From an uncultured Gammaproteobacteria bacterium (GTDB lineage: Bacteria > Pseudomonadota > Gammaproteobacteria > JABCZS01), in contig CAWKDC010000001.1 in assembly GCA_963848305.1 (NCBI GenBank), forward strand, positions 608,001 to 672,000: a stretch of 64,000 nucleotides of DNA. Direction: 5' to 3'. Position numbers and translations under genes: made by a program. Positions within the stretch are counted from its first letter, which is position 1. Each line of letters opens with the position of its first letter. Shown here piece after piece: positions 32,061 to 42,527 of the stretch. A model generated the notes under the pieces. It had not been told where the DNA came from. It was given only the letters and a program-made list of their open reading frames with translations, and made no database searches.

Positions 32061-33029
32061 ATGAATGTATTGATTGTTAAACTCACCTCCATGGGAGATC
32101 TGGTTCATACCCTCCCCGCCATCACTGATGCGGTCGGCCATGTACCCGATATTCATTTTGACTGGATAGTCGACGAGTCTTTTGCTGATATCCCAGCACT
32201 TCATCCACGCATTGAGCAATTGTTTAAAACGGCACATCGACGTTGGAAAAAGCAACTTTTTCACACATTCATGAGTGGGGAGCTGCTCACGCTGTTCCGT
32301 ACACTGCGTCAAAAAAAATATGACATTGTGATCGATGCGCAAAATAATCTGAAAAGTGCCGTCATCACAGGGCTCGCAAAAGGGGTACGGTGTGGGATGG
32401 ACAAAAACAGTGTGCGTGAAAAAGGCGCCAGTTGGGTGTGTGATAGGACGTTTGCCATACCAGTTCATCAACATGCGATTGATCGTCAACGCCAACTCTT
32501 TGCAAAGGTGCTGGGTTATCCCGTGCCCAATACTCCTCCCGACTTCGGTATTTCCACAGAACAATTACCCAAACTGTCTATTGATATCCCCAAGCCTTAT
32601 CTTGTCTTCATCCATAGCACCACATGGGACACTAAACATTGGCCTGAAACTTATTGGGAACAACTGATCGCCCTGGCCACTGCAGCGGGTTACCACGTTG
32701 TATTGCCTTGGGGAAACGCCATCGAACAGGCCCGCGCGACGCGCTTGAGCAAAGTTAACGCCCATACGACTGTTTTGCCGCGTCTCAGTATTCGTGAACA
32801 AGCCAGCATGATTTTGGGTTCAGCTGGTGCTGTCTGCGTCGACACAGGATTGGGGCATCTTACCGCTGCTTTGAACGTACCCGCGGTCCATTTGTATGGG
32901 CCGACTGATCCTGCCCTGATTGGCGCAACGGGTCACCATCAAGCCCATTTAGTGGCTGAAAGTGGCTCTTTGAGCGATCTTCACCCACAAACCGTGTGGG
33001 ACGCCATGCGAGCTCAACTCAAGTCTTGA
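32061..33029 (+). CDS. waaC: Lipopolysaccharide heptosyltransferase I
   Basis: VKLTSMGDLVH, IDAQ, HAIDR, KHWP, VDTGLGHL, LYGPT. Confidence 0.9.
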   Translation: MNVLIVKLTSMGDLVHTLPAITDAVGHVPDIHFDWIVDESFADIPALHPRIEQLFKTAHRRWKKQLFHTFMSGELLTLFRTLRQKKYDIVIDAQNNLKSAVITGLAKGVRCGMDKNSVREKGASWVCDRTFAIPVHQHAIDRQRQLFAKVLGYPVPNTPPDFGISTEQLPKLSIDIPKPYLVFIHSTTWDTKHWPETYWEQLIALATAAGYHVVLPWGNAIEQARATRLSKVNAHTTVLPRLSIREQASMILGSAGAVCVDTGLGHLTAALNVPAVHLYGPTDPALIGATGHHQAHLVAESGSLSDLHPQTVWDAMRAQLKS

Positions 33030-34012
33030 TGGATTTTCCTGGCGATTTCTATCGCATCTGTCGCTGCCCCTCGTCTTAAGTTATCCGAGCACAGCCATAG
33101 TTGTAAGCCATTAGGCAAAGCTGGATCGAGTCGCATACGCCCGACAAACACATTGTCTTGTCCGACGACTTCAACAGGCGTATGATACTGATCCTCCGAT
33201 AATGTCACACTGTTCGCTCCTTTCAATATCTCGCGCAGCGCAGGCAATGTAGGCTGACGCTCAAATGAGAGTGTTAGCGCAATTGAATGCCCAATCATGA
33301 CAGGCACACGCACAGCCATGGCACTGATGGGAAATGAAGCTTTCAGCACTTTATGCACTTCATGAATGATTTTAAATTCTTCGCTGGTCATGCCATCGGC
33401 TCCAATCGACCCTACTTGCGGGATTACATTGAAGGCAATTTGACGCATGAACACGTGGGGGACAACGGGCTGGTCATTTACCACATCAGCAGTTTGACTG
33501 AAGCATTCATCCATTGCGGATTTACCGGCTCCCGACGTTGACTGATACGTTGATACATTCATATAAGTCACACCCAAAGCCTGGTGCAATGGCGCAATAA
33601 CGGTCGAAATGGGAGAAGCCAAACAGTTGGCGTGCGAATACAGTTTTTGGGATGGATTCACGAGGTGAAGATTCACGGGGGGAATGATCAGCGGGACATC
33701 TTTATCTAAACGGAAATGCGAACTTGAGTCAACAACATACGCGCCGAGGCGCAAGGCGACAGGCACCCATTCAGCAGACACATCGCTTTCAGTGCAAAAA
33801 AGCACGACATCCTGATTTGAAAGTGATTTTTCTGACAATGACTGAAGCAGGAATCGTTTGTCATCTACCACCAAAGGCAACCCAGCCGATCTTTCAGACG
33901 CAATGGGTGTGATGTCAGCGCCTGCCGACCAAGAATCCCTTAACAATTGTGCAATCACTCGACGACCGACATTCCCACTGGCACCAACGATAGCGATATG
34001 AAAAGATGACAT
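33014..34012 (-). CDS. asd: Aspartate-semialdehyde dehydrogenase
   Basis: VGASGNVG, DSSSHFR, ANC, YQSTSGAG, AFNVIPQ, RVPVMIGH, DNLRRGAA. Confidence 0.9.
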   Translation of the reverse strand: MSSFHIAIVGASGNVGRRVIAQLLRDSWSAGADITPIASERSAGLPLVVDDKRFLLQSLSEKSLSNQDVVLFCTESDVSAEWVPVALRLGAYVVDSSSHFRLDKDVPLIIPPVNLHLVNPSQKLYSHANCLASPISTVIAPLHQALGVTYMNVSTYQSTSGAGKSAMDECFSQTADVVNDQPVVPHVFMRQIAFNVIPQVGSIGADGMTSEEFKIIHEVHKVLKASFPISAMAVRVPVMIGHSIALTLSFERQPTLPALREILKGANSVTLSEDQYHTPVEVVGQDNVFVGRMRLDPALPNGLQLWLCSDNLRRGAATDAIEIARKIHQDLS

Positions 34013-34129
34013 GAAAAAGACCTCCTCAAAAGAAATCAAAATATATCATGAATGACGGTAAGTCGGGAGAAAAGCAAATTCTGAAATCAGTGTTACACTT
34101 AACCTATTGATCCAAAGCCAAAAGGACTT

Positions 34130-35272
34130 GTGCCCGTGAATGGATTACTGACAATAGCCCTCAAATTACTTGCAAATGATCGCGGTAAATTTTTTACCCT
34201 GATCGTTGGGGTTTCTTTCGCGGTATTTTTGATGATGCAAATGACCTGTATGTTTGCTGGACTCATGCGCCGCACCGGATCTGATATCTTCAATATCAAT
34301 GCGTCCATGTGGGTCATGGATCCCTCGCTCAACTCACAAGTTGATAATATCCCCATGCCTGATTATGTCCTGGATGCTGTTCGCAGCATTAAAGGTGTTA
34401 AATACGCTGTCCCGCTCTATACAGGCAGTGGCTTGGCCAAACTCAGCACGGGTCGCTATCAAGCAGTGAGTATTCTCGGCATAGACGATGCGACCCTATT
34501 CGGCCGACCCTATATGCTAGAGGGAAATATTGTCAACATTTACAATGACGATGCTTATATTGCGATCAAGGATGCAGAATTTGACAAACTGGATGGGGCA
34601 AAAATAGGCACAACTTTTGAGATCAATGATAATCGCGGTGTCATCGTGGGGATTGGCAAAGCCTCAGTGGGAGGCCTGTTTGGTACGCCCAGTTTATACA
34701 CCACCTATCGACGCGCCATTTCGGTTTTACCACAAACACGGTTTACACAGTCTTTTATTCTCCTTGAACCCAAATCCAAAAAAGATATTGTGAATATCCA
34801 AAATGATGTTAAAGCATTGGGATATCTCGCGTTGACCCGGGATCAATTTTATCAAAAAAACAGAGATTATTATCTTTATAAAACAGGGTTAGGCACCAAC
34901 GTGATGATCATGACATTCATCAGTTTTATCGTTGGTCTTTCCATCGCGGGTCAAACCTTTTATACTTTCGTGATAGAAAATCTTCAAGAATTTGGGGCAC
35001 TTAAAGCCATTGGTGCTAAGAAAAAAGAATTAATCACCATTATATTCTTTCAATCTTCTGTCGTAGGATTTTTGGGGTATGGATTCGGCATGTTTTTATC
35101 CATGAGTGTCATTGCATTTGCAAAACTCAGGCTCGCCAATTATGCTGCATTGGTCACGCTTGAGAATATGTTCTTCACCCTCTTGATGGTGTTGGTGATT
35201 GTCGCTTTTTCGAGTTATCTCGGCATACGAAAAGTGATCACAATTGATCCATTTGATATATTCAGGGGATAA
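34130..35272 (+). CDS. ABC exporter permease (FtsX/MacB/DevC-like)
   Basis: EFGALKAIGA, C-terminal DPFDIFRG, large periplasmic domain. Confidence 0.88.
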   Translation: MPVNGLLTIALKLLANDRGKFFTLIVGVSFAVFLMMQMTCMFAGLMRRTGSDIFNINASMWVMDPSLNSQVDNIPMPDYVLDAVRSIKGVKYAVPLYTGSGLAKLSTGRYQAVSILGIDDATLFGRPYMLEGNIVNIYNDDAYIAIKDAEFDKLDGAKIGTTFEINDNRGVIVGIGKASVGGLFGTPSLYTTYRRAISVLPQTRFTQSFILLEPKSKKDIVNIQNDVKALGYLALTRDQFYQKNRDYYLYKTGLGTNVMIMTFISFIVGLSIAGQTFYTFVIENLQEFGALKAIGAKKKELITIIFFQSSVVGFLGYGFGMFLSMSVIAFAKLRLANYAALVTLENMFFTLLMVLVIVAFSSYLGIRKVITIDPFDIFRG

Positions 35273-35273
35273 C

Positions 35274-35960
35274 ATGATTCTTGAAGCTCAACATATCAAA
35301 AAGTTCTTTGGCGAAGGTGACAGCATCACTTATGCGTTGCATGATGTGACCTTTGAACTCGATTATGGTGAAATGCTCTATATTATTGGCCCATCTGGCT
35401 CTGGCAAAACAACGTTATTAAGTATTATCTCCGGTATCTTAAGGCCCAATGAAGGGAGTGTGCATGTAGAAGGTAAAGACATCTGGCAACTGAGCGATGA
35501 TGATTTATCAGATTTTAGATTGTACACCATCGGCTTTGTCTTTCAGGATTTTCATTTATTCAATACGCTCACCACCAAAGAAAATGTGGCCGTCCCTTTA
35601 ATTCTTCAAAACAAAACCATGGATGTTGCTCTTGAAGAAGCTGAAAAAAGATTAAAAATTGTGGGCCTAGAAAATAGAATGAACCTAATGCCTAATAAGC
35701 TCAGCATTGGAGAACAGCAGCGAGTAGCCATTGCACGTGCGATGATCACAGAACCCGATATTTTAATTTTCGATGAGCCCACTGCTTCACTTGATGGAGA
35801 AACGGGCAAACGCATCATCTCATTTATCAAAGAAAATATATTAACGCCTAAAAGAGCCATTATCATCGTGACACACGACAATCGTATTTATGATTTTGCA
35901 ACACGCATTATCAGGGTAGAAGACGGAAGAATGAAAGAAGGATTAGGGAGTGAATCATGA
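35274..35960 (+). CDS. ABC exporter ATP-binding protein
   Basis: GPSGSGKT, LSIGEQQRVAIARA, DEPT, VTHD. Confidence 0.93.
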   Translation: MILEAQHIKKFFGEGDSITYALHDVTFELDYGEMLYIIGPSGSGKTTLLSIISGILRPNEGSVHVEGKDIWQLSDDDLSDFRLYTIGFVFQDFHLFNTLTTKENVAVPLILQNKTMDVALEEAEKRLKIVGLENRMNLMPNKLSIGEQQRVAIARAMITEPDILIFDEPTASLDGETGKRIISFIKENILTPKRAIIIVTHDNRIYDFATRIIRVEDGRMKEGLGSES

Positions 35961-36892
35961 AAACGAATAAACTATTCATGCTGGCATCCGGCGGCATTCT
36001 CGCAGGTTTGATCAGCGTCTATTTCTACAACGAAAATATTAAACCTCAACAACCACTTGGGGTCAGCTATAATCCTTATGAGGCAGGCATTTATGCAACA
36101 GGCATCGTGGAAAGTTTTCAAAAAAATGGTTCAAATATGAATCTCTATCCTGAGGCAGCTGGCAATGTGATTGATATCAAAGTACAGGATGGAACACACG
36201 TCAAAAAAGGGGATCTGCTTCTTGTTGTTGAACATGATGAGGCGCAAGCCACTGTCAACATGGATAAGGCCACAGTCCAATTAAATAGAGACAATCTTGT
36301 CACAGTTCAACAACAATATGACAAATTGAAAAAAGCCTATGATCTCAATCCGAAATCCGTGAGCAAAAACGATTTGGATAATGCAAAAAATGCAGTCATT
36401 GCAACTAAACAGGATATCGTCGTGGCCGAAGCACTTTTAGCCACTGACGTTGCAGCACTGGAAAACTATTTCATGACATCACCAGCTGAGGGTATAATTT
36501 TGCGGGTCGTTCCTGCACTCGGCGATTATGTCTCTCCTGTTGTAGGTGCTTATGATACATATACACAAGGCAACCTTCCAGTCATTCAAATTGCGCAAGT
36601 CTCACCCTATTATCAAGTGCGAGTATTCGTAGATGAAATCTTAACACCGCAATTGCCTGACCCTTCAAAATTAGAAGCAACCCTCTTTGTGCGTGGCATG
36701 AATAATAAAGCGATTCCTTTAGAATACGTCAACACTCAACCATTCACGATTCCAAATATTGAATTATCTGATCAACGCAATGAACGTGTGGACGTTAGGG
36801 TTTTACCTATCCTATTTAAATTTGAAAAACCGAAAGATATCACGGTCTATCCTGGACAACTGGTCGATATTTACATTAAAGGTAAACCATGA
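35957..36892 (+). CDS. HlyD-family periplasmic adaptor
   Basis: Lipoyl-like VKKGDLL, coiled coil, ERVDVRVL, PGQLVDIYI. Confidence 0.88.
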   Translation: MKTNKLFMLASGGILAGLISVYFYNENIKPQQPLGVSYNPYEAGIYATGIVESFQKNGSNMNLYPEAAGNVIDIKVQDGTHVKKGDLLLVVEHDEAQATVNMDKATVQLNRDNLVTVQQQYDKLKKAYDLNPKSVSKNDLDNAKNAVIATKQDIVVAEALLATDVAALENYFMTSPAEGIILRVVPALGDYVSPVVGAYDTYTQGNLPVIQIAQVSPYYQVRVFVDEILTPQLPDPSKLEATLFVRGMNNKAIPLEYVNTQPFTIPNIELSDQRNERVDVRVLPILFKFEKPKDITVYPGQLVDIYIKGKP

Positions 36893-38343
36893 AGACGATC
36901 ATTCAAAATACAATCTGTATTGTCAGCACACTGATGCTGAGCAGTTGTACTTTATATCAAAAACCTGATACACCGGTACCGAATTATCCCCATTCTTTTA
37001 AAGTCTCAGTGAAAGAGATCGATCCTGAACTTAAAAACAATTGGTGGGAAAATTTTAATGATAATACCCTGAATGATCTTGTGCAAAAAGCCCTTAAAAC
37101 AAATTATAGTTATCAAATTGCACTCAATAATATTAACATTGCTCAAACATATGTTGATATGAATATGACAGCACTTTTCCCACAGCTAGGTATTGATTTC
37201 GGAAGCTCACGAAACTTGGGGATTCTCAATGTTGGAAATTCTAGTTCTTCAGCACCTCAATTAATTTCGCCCTCATCTGTACCCGTTCCATTTAATTTGA
37301 GTTTCTTGGCAGCAACCGTTTCTTATGAAATTGATGTCTGGAACCAAGCTCACAACGCAGTTGATCAAGCAAAAGCAAATAAATTTAGCACAGAAGCCAA
37401 TACAAATGTAATGAGGCTTACCCTGATCAGTTCAGTTGTCAATACTTACTTTCAGATAGCAGCACTCACGCATAATATCGATAATCTCAAAAAGCAAGAA
37501 GCTGCAGCCAAGGAAATACTGGAACTCACGCGAATTCAATATGACAGTGAATTAATTGATGAGAGTAATGTTTTCCAGGCCAGCACGCAACTCGAAAATA
37601 TTAAAACGGTTTTGAATACCAATATAAAACAGCGTGATATTTTAGAATATGGTTTAGCTTATTTGGTCGGTGAATTTCCAGAAAATTACACCGTGTTACC
37701 AACTGTTAATCTTGATGAGATTAAATTAACACGATTGATACCTGCCGGTATTCCATCACAAGTGATCAGCACACGCCCTGATATTCAATCAACGGTAGGA
37801 CAAATACTGGCTTATGGTTATCTTGAAAAGCAAAGTATTGCTAATTTTTTACCCAGTTTTTCACTGTCTGCAACCTATGGTTTTGCGAGTGAGGTTTTAT
37901 CATCGCTTACACAGGGGAAAAATGAATTGTGGAATTATGGTACCAACGTGATTCAGATCATATTAGACTACCCCGCTCTGCTTGCCCAATACGAGCAATC
38001 TAAATTGCAGTATGAATCAGCTGTGTTAAACTACAAAAACACAGTTCAAAATGCATTTGTTGAAGTCAATTCTGCGCTGGTGTCTTACGAAGAAGATTTT
38101 AAAACGTTTCAATCCTACAAAATTGAAAAACACAATTCAACAGAATTACTTGGGATAGCGAAGGCTCAGTATGACGCAGGCTTGACCAATTACGTTAATT
38201 ATTTATCGAATGATTTAACCTTTCTTCAAAGCGATTACAACCTCACGAACCAACGTGTGGTTGTACTTCAGGACATTGTGCAAGCGTATAAATCAATGGG
38301 GCTGGGACTCGATGTCACCCTTTACGAACCCGGTACGCATTAA
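36889..38343 (+). CDS. Outer membrane efflux lipoprotein (NodT/TolC family)
   Basis: Lipobox LSSC, WWENFND, YEIDVW, RPDI, AFVEV. Confidence 0.9.
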   Translation: MKTIIQNTICIVSTLMLSSCTLYQKPDTPVPNYPHSFKVSVKEIDPELKNNWWENFNDNTLNDLVQKALKTNYSYQIALNNINIAQTYVDMNMTALFPQLGIDFGSSRNLGILNVGNSSSSAPQLISPSSVPVPFNLSFLAATVSYEIDVWNQAHNAVDQAKANKFSTEANTNVMRLTLISSVVNTYFQIAALTHNIDNLKKQEAAAKEILELTRIQYDSELIDESNVFQASTQLENIKTVLNTNIKQRDILEYGLAYLVGEFPENYTVLPTVNLDEIKLTRLIPAGIPSQVISTRPDIQSTVGQILAYGYLEKQSIANFLPSFSLSATYGFASEVLSSLTQGKNELWNYGTNVIQIILDYPALLAQYEQSKLQYESAVLNYKNTVQNAFVEVNSALVSYEEDFKTFQSYKIEKHNSTELLGIAKAQYDAGLTNYVNYLSNDLTFLQSDYNLTNQRVVVLQDIVQAYKSMGLGLDVTLYEPGTH

Positions 38344-39120
38344 GTGTTCCCTCTTCAGGTAGAGAATATTATTTTTTAATTTCTGTCTTATATCAGGGTA
38401 TTTTTCCAAAAATTGATTATACTCCACCATCAACCATTCATATTCTTGAAATCTTTGACGATAATGCAGTGGGTCAGTACATCGTGGTTCCATATGTTCA
38501 TGAATAATCATTTGAACATCGGGTACCAAGCTGGGTACAAATCCAGCACTTACCAAGCGGAAAAACAGCTCAGTATCTTCAATCGTTTTCATTTTTTCAT
38601 CAAAAAAACCTATTTGATCAAGACACTCCCTCCGAAATGTGACACCTGCACTTGTTCCTATTGATAAAAAATCCTCAAATAATTCTGCAGTCCCATTATA
38701 TTCATCTCTAAAATGACGATAAAATGTTTTACTTACTCCTGCAGCATCATAACAGATATGCTTTGTTTGACAAAAACTGACACCCACTCGAGTTGGTTGC
38801 GATTCAAGGTGAACGAACGTTTTTGAAAGAAAGTTATCAGGATATTCGTCATCATCATCTAGCAAGGCAACATATTTTCCCTTTGCCAAAAATAGCGCAG
38901 CGTTTCTAGTCGATGCAGGTCCTCTTTGACTGCTCGCCTCAACGTAATGAATTCTTGGATCATTGATGAGAGAAAAAAATGTTGAATAACTAATGGTTGA
39001 GCTATCGTTGACAATAACAATGTCAAAATCAGTGAAAGTTTGTTTGAGAACACTTTGAACAGCTCGAACCAGCATATCTGGTCTGTTGTATGTCGGTATA
39101 ATTACTGTAAAAATAGGCAT
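38293..39120 (-). CDS. Glycosyltransferase family 2
   Basis: VIIPTYNR, IVND, RNAAL, LDDDD, EDTEL. Confidence 0.9.
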   Translation of the reverse strand: MPIFTVIIPTYNRPDMLVRAVQSVLKQTFTDFDIVIVNDSSTISYSTFFSLINDPRIHYVEASSQRGPASTRNAALFLAKGKYVALLDDDDEYPDNFLSKTFVHLESQPTRVGVSFCQTKHICYDAAGVSKTFYRHFRDEYNGTAELFEDFLSIGTSAGVTFRRECLDQIGFFDEKMKTIEDTELFFRLVSAGFVPSLVPDVQMIIHEHMEPRCTDPLHYRQRFQEYEWLMVEYNQFLEKYPDIRQKLKNNILYLKREHLMRTGFVKGDIESQPH

Positions 39121-39145
39121 CGTTTCACCCTGCTCTCCAAGTAGA

Positions 39146-39191
39146 ATAATAGCAAAAATCTGATTGACAGGTCAATAAAAATATGTAACAT
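39146..39191. promoter_or_regulatory. Back-to-back divergent sigma70 promoters on the palindrome ATTGACAGGTCAAT
   Basis: Plus strand TTGACA-16-TAACAT; minus strand TTGACC-18-TATTAT with an extended TG. Confidence 0.45.
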
Positions 39192-39221
39192 TCATCGTAG
39201 GTATGAATGGAGGAAAGTGCC

Positions 39222-39650
39222 ATGGATTGTTATCAAATCAAGTCTCGGGTCATCTATGAAAACATGGATCATGAGGTTATTATCATTAATTTCAATACTG
39301 GTGATTACTACTCGCTTCGCGAGACCGCGAAACTGATTTGGTCATGCATAGAAAACAATATTTCAGTCTCTCATATTATTACCGCTTTTGTACAACGCTT
39401 CCCAATTCAAATTGCTCAAATTGAACAAGATTTGAAACTATTTTTTCAACAACTCATGAATGAAAATCTCATTGAACCTTCTAGCTCAATTGATAATTCT
39501 TTTGATATTTCTATTTTACTTGATCAATCTCCTTTCAACTATTATGTGCAACCCGTTCTTCAAAAGTACTCTGACATTGATCAATTGTTATTGCTTGACC
39601 CAATCCATGATGTAGACAATACAGGCTGGCCGAATCAAGTGGAAGCTTAA
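39222..39650 (+). CDS. PqqD/RRE-family protein with a C-terminal extension
   Basis: EVIIINFNTGDYYSL..TAKLIW, D...F..QL..ENLI; tail YVQPVLQKYSDIDQLLLLDPIHDVDNTGWP. Confidence 0.8.
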   Translation: MDCYQIKSRVIYENMDHEVIIINFNTGDYYSLRETAKLIWSCIENNISVSHIITAFVQRFPIQIAQIEQDLKLFFQQLMNENLIEPSSSIDNSFDISILLDQSPFNYYVQPVLQKYSDIDQLLLLDPIHDVDNTGWPNQVEA

Positions 39651-39652
39651 AA

Positions 39653-40687
39653 ATGCTCACAAATGCTGATCTGTTCCATCTACAAATCCATGCTTCATTT
39701 GAAGAATCCGCAATCGGATTACACGTCGAAGAGGCCTGCTACAGCATTGCAGGTCAAACGATTTTATTGAAGTCGTTAAACAAGAACATGCTGGACAAAT
39801 TAACCGCAGCACTTGCGCATGCAAAATTGGGTGCTTCAAATAATCCACACTTCACCATCCATATTTGGGATTCGGCATCTCTAGGTGTTCCAAACATTAA
39901 ATTTAACTGGCACGATGAGCACTCATCCTATGGGTTGCGAGGTGAGGTACGATTACATAATACTGATAACGTCTACACGATACTTGACATCCATACAGGC
40001 GCATTGATGCTTCTTAACAAAAAAACCAATCAAGGATATTATTGGATAGATAATGCCAATAGGCTTCCTTGGTGGGTCAGTGGTTCTCCGATGCAACAAC
40101 TGCTTAGCTGGTGGATGCGAGATCGAGGATTACAATTAACCCATGCTGGTGCAGTGGGTTATTCAAGTGGCGGCGTGATATTGGCAGGAAACAGCGGTGC
40201 AGGTAAATCTACTACGGCGCTGGCCTGCATGAAGTATGGGATGAAATTTGTCAGCGAAGATTATTGCTTACTCAGTGTTCAAGATCAATTGAAAGCGCAT
40301 TGTATTTATTCCTCAGCTAAACTTGAACAAAATACACTCAATTTTTTTCCTGAAATGAACGAACATATTGATAATAAAAATAGGACAGAACATGAAAAAG
40401 CTTTTTTATATCACCATCAAATTTGGCCTGATCGTATCGCTCAAGGTTTTCCAATAAAAGCAATCTTGGTTTTGAAAAGACAAAACACCACTCGTAGCTC
40501 TATTCAACCCGCTACAAAGGATGATGCCCTCAAAGCACTTGCCATCAGCACAATGTGGCAATTGACACATACGGGCATTCCAACATTTCAGTTATTGAAA
40601 AAGGCAACAGAATCTGTCCCTTGCTACTTCCTGCACTTGGGTCGTGACCTGCAGCATATCCCAGAGATCATTGGACATGTTTTATGA
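39653..40687 (+). CDS. HprK-related P-loop kinase
   Basis: HAGAV, GVILAGNSGAGKST, VSEDY. Confidence 0.85.
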   Translation: MLTNADLFHLQIHASFEESAIGLHVEEACYSIAGQTILLKSLNKNMLDKLTAALAHAKLGASNNPHFTIHIWDSASLGVPNIKFNWHDEHSSYGLRGEVRLHNTDNVYTILDIHTGALMLLNKKTNQGYYWIDNANRLPWWVSGSPMQQLLSWWMRDRGLQLTHAGAVGYSSGGVILAGNSGAGKSTTALACMKYGMKFVSEDYCLLSVQDQLKAHCIYSSAKLEQNTLNFFPEMNEHIDNKNRTEHEKAFLYHHQIWPDRIAQGFPIKAILVLKRQNTTRSSIQPATKDDALKALAISTMWQLTHTGIPTFQLLKKATESVPCYFLHLGRDLQHIPEIIGHVL

Positions 40688-41811
40688 ACATACTTTTTTG
40701 GACAGATCGATTTTATCCTGGCATCGGCGGCATTGAAACACAAACATTTCAATTGATTCAAGGTTTATTAACAAAAAATCATCGTTGTTTGGTTTTCGCA
40801 AATCAATATGATTTATCGCTACCCTTAAAAGAAACAGTCGACGGTATTGAAATAATCAGATACGATTTCTCACCGTTTCTTGAATGGAATATGAATGGTC
40901 GTGTTTTACTCAAGGAAGTTGAGACAGCTTTAAAAACTCTCTTTTCAACGTTTAAGCCAGATATTATCCACCTTTCTCTGTACGTTATCAGTCAAACAGG
41001 CATGTGCTTCTTGCTTTTACGAAAAATGATACCTTGTCCAGTTGTTTTTACTGTTCATGGTATACCATACACTCACGGTAAGCCCTATCATCTTTTCAAT
41101 TTTTTTCTCGAACAATCTGATCAAGTCTGTTGCGTCTCAAATTCGGTTGTTTCATTAGTTAATCAATTCGCTCCAAAAGTGTCCCATAAAACAAAGCTCA
41201 TTTACAATGGGCTTTCTCTACCTTCGGATCATCATACTCATTTACCCTATGATCCACCTGTCTTGTTATGCCTGGGAAGGCTTTCATCTGAGAAAGGATT
41301 TGACATTGCAATTAAAGCATTCTTGTATGCAAAAGCAGAATTTCCATCTGTAAAAATGATGATTGTCGGTAGTGGTTATGAAAATTCATCGCTTGAGAAA
41401 CTTGTTAATGATCTGAATCTGACTGATTCCATCATTTTTGAAGGAGCAGTGAAAGCAACTGATGTTCATTCATACATTAAGCGATCAACCATTGTATTAA
41501 TGCCATCATACTCTGAAACTTTCGGATTAGTGGCCGTTGAAGCAGCGCAGATGAAAAGGCCAGTCATTGCTTGTGCCACTGGCGGTCTTGTGGAAGTGAT
41601 TATTGATAATGAGACAGGCATATTGGTCCCACGTTATGATTATAAAGCTTTTTCACAGGCCATACTTAGACTATTAAACAACCCAGCTTTAGCCATTTAT
41701 TTAGGAGAAAATGCGTATAACCGTGCTAATCAAAAATTCTCTCTCAAGAATGTCGTCGAGAATTACGAAAGTGTATATCAAAAACTACTCACCTGTGAAG
41801 CAATACCATGA
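40684..41811 (+). CDS. Glycosyltransferase family 4
   Basis: PGIGGIE, GRLSSEKG, SETFGLVAVEA, GGLVEVI. Confidence 0.92.
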   Translation: MNILFWTDRFYPGIGGIETQTFQLIQGLLTKNHRCLVFANQYDLSLPLKETVDGIEIIRYDFSPFLEWNMNGRVLLKEVETALKTLFSTFKPDIIHLSLYVISQTGMCFLLLRKMIPCPVVFTVHGIPYTHGKPYHLFNFFLEQSDQVCCVSNSVVSLVNQFAPKVSHKTKLIYNGLSLPSDHHTHLPYDPPVLLCLGRLSSEKGFDIAIKAFLYAKAEFPSVKMMIVGSGYENSSLEKLVNDLNLTDSIIFEGAVKATDVHSYIKRSTIVLMPSYSETFGLVAVEAAQMKRPVIACATGGLVEVIIDNETGILVPRYDYKAFSQAILRLLNNPALAIYLGENAYNRANQKFSLKNVVENYESVYQKLLTCEAIP

Positions 41812-42527
41812 ATATTAACGATTTGATCAGTGTGATTATCCCCTGTTTCAATGGAGAAAAGTACATTAACGAAGCCATTGAAAGTGTCATTTGTCAGAAA
41901 GACGTTTGTTTTGAAATCATTATTGTAGATGATGGATCAACTGATAACACTTCAAAGATAATCAAACAATATACTGAAAAGAACATCAAATTGTTATACC
42001 AGGCCAATCATGGACAAGGATATGCATTCAATAATGCAATTGGCGTTTCGAATGGAAATTATATTGCTTTTCTTGATCATGATGATTTATTTACGCCGAA
42101 CAAATTATCGCTTCAAATAAACTACATGAAAGATAATCCAGATACGCATTTGGTTTTTGGCATGATAGAACACTTCATCAGTCCTGAGTTACCTGATCAC
42201 ATCAAAACAATACGTCATTGTCCATCAGAACCATTACCAGGTATTGCGCCCTCCACAATGATGTTTAAACGAGAATGCTTTGATATCCTAGGCCCATTTA
42301 ACACCACCTTGAAAGTGGGCTCTCATATTGATTGGCTGATTCGCGCTAAAGAAAAAGGCTTTAATCAATACACTCTTCCACAAGTAGTATCACGGCGCAG
42401 AATACACGATACAAATACCAGCATCATAGAACGACACAATCATGGTCAATATATTCAAATCATCAAAGAAAAACTTGCACGAGAACGACTGAGAAATGCA
42501 CATAATGAGGTTTACCATGAAAAATGA
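41808..42527 (+). CDS. Glycosyltransferase family 2
   Basis: VIIPCFN, VDDGSTD, FLDHDD, RRIH. Confidence 0.92.
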   Translation: MNINDLISVIIPCFNGEKYINEAIESVICQKDVCFEIIIVDDGSTDNTSKIIKQYTEKNIKLLYQANHGQGYAFNNAIGVSNGNYIAFLDHDDLFTPNKLSLQINYMKDNPDTHLVFGMIEHFISPELPDHIKTIRHCPSEPLPGIAPSTMMFKRECFDILGPFNTTLKVGSHIDWLIRAKEKGFNQYTLPQVVSRRRIHDTNTSIIERHNHGQYIQIIKEKLARERLRNAHNEVYHEK

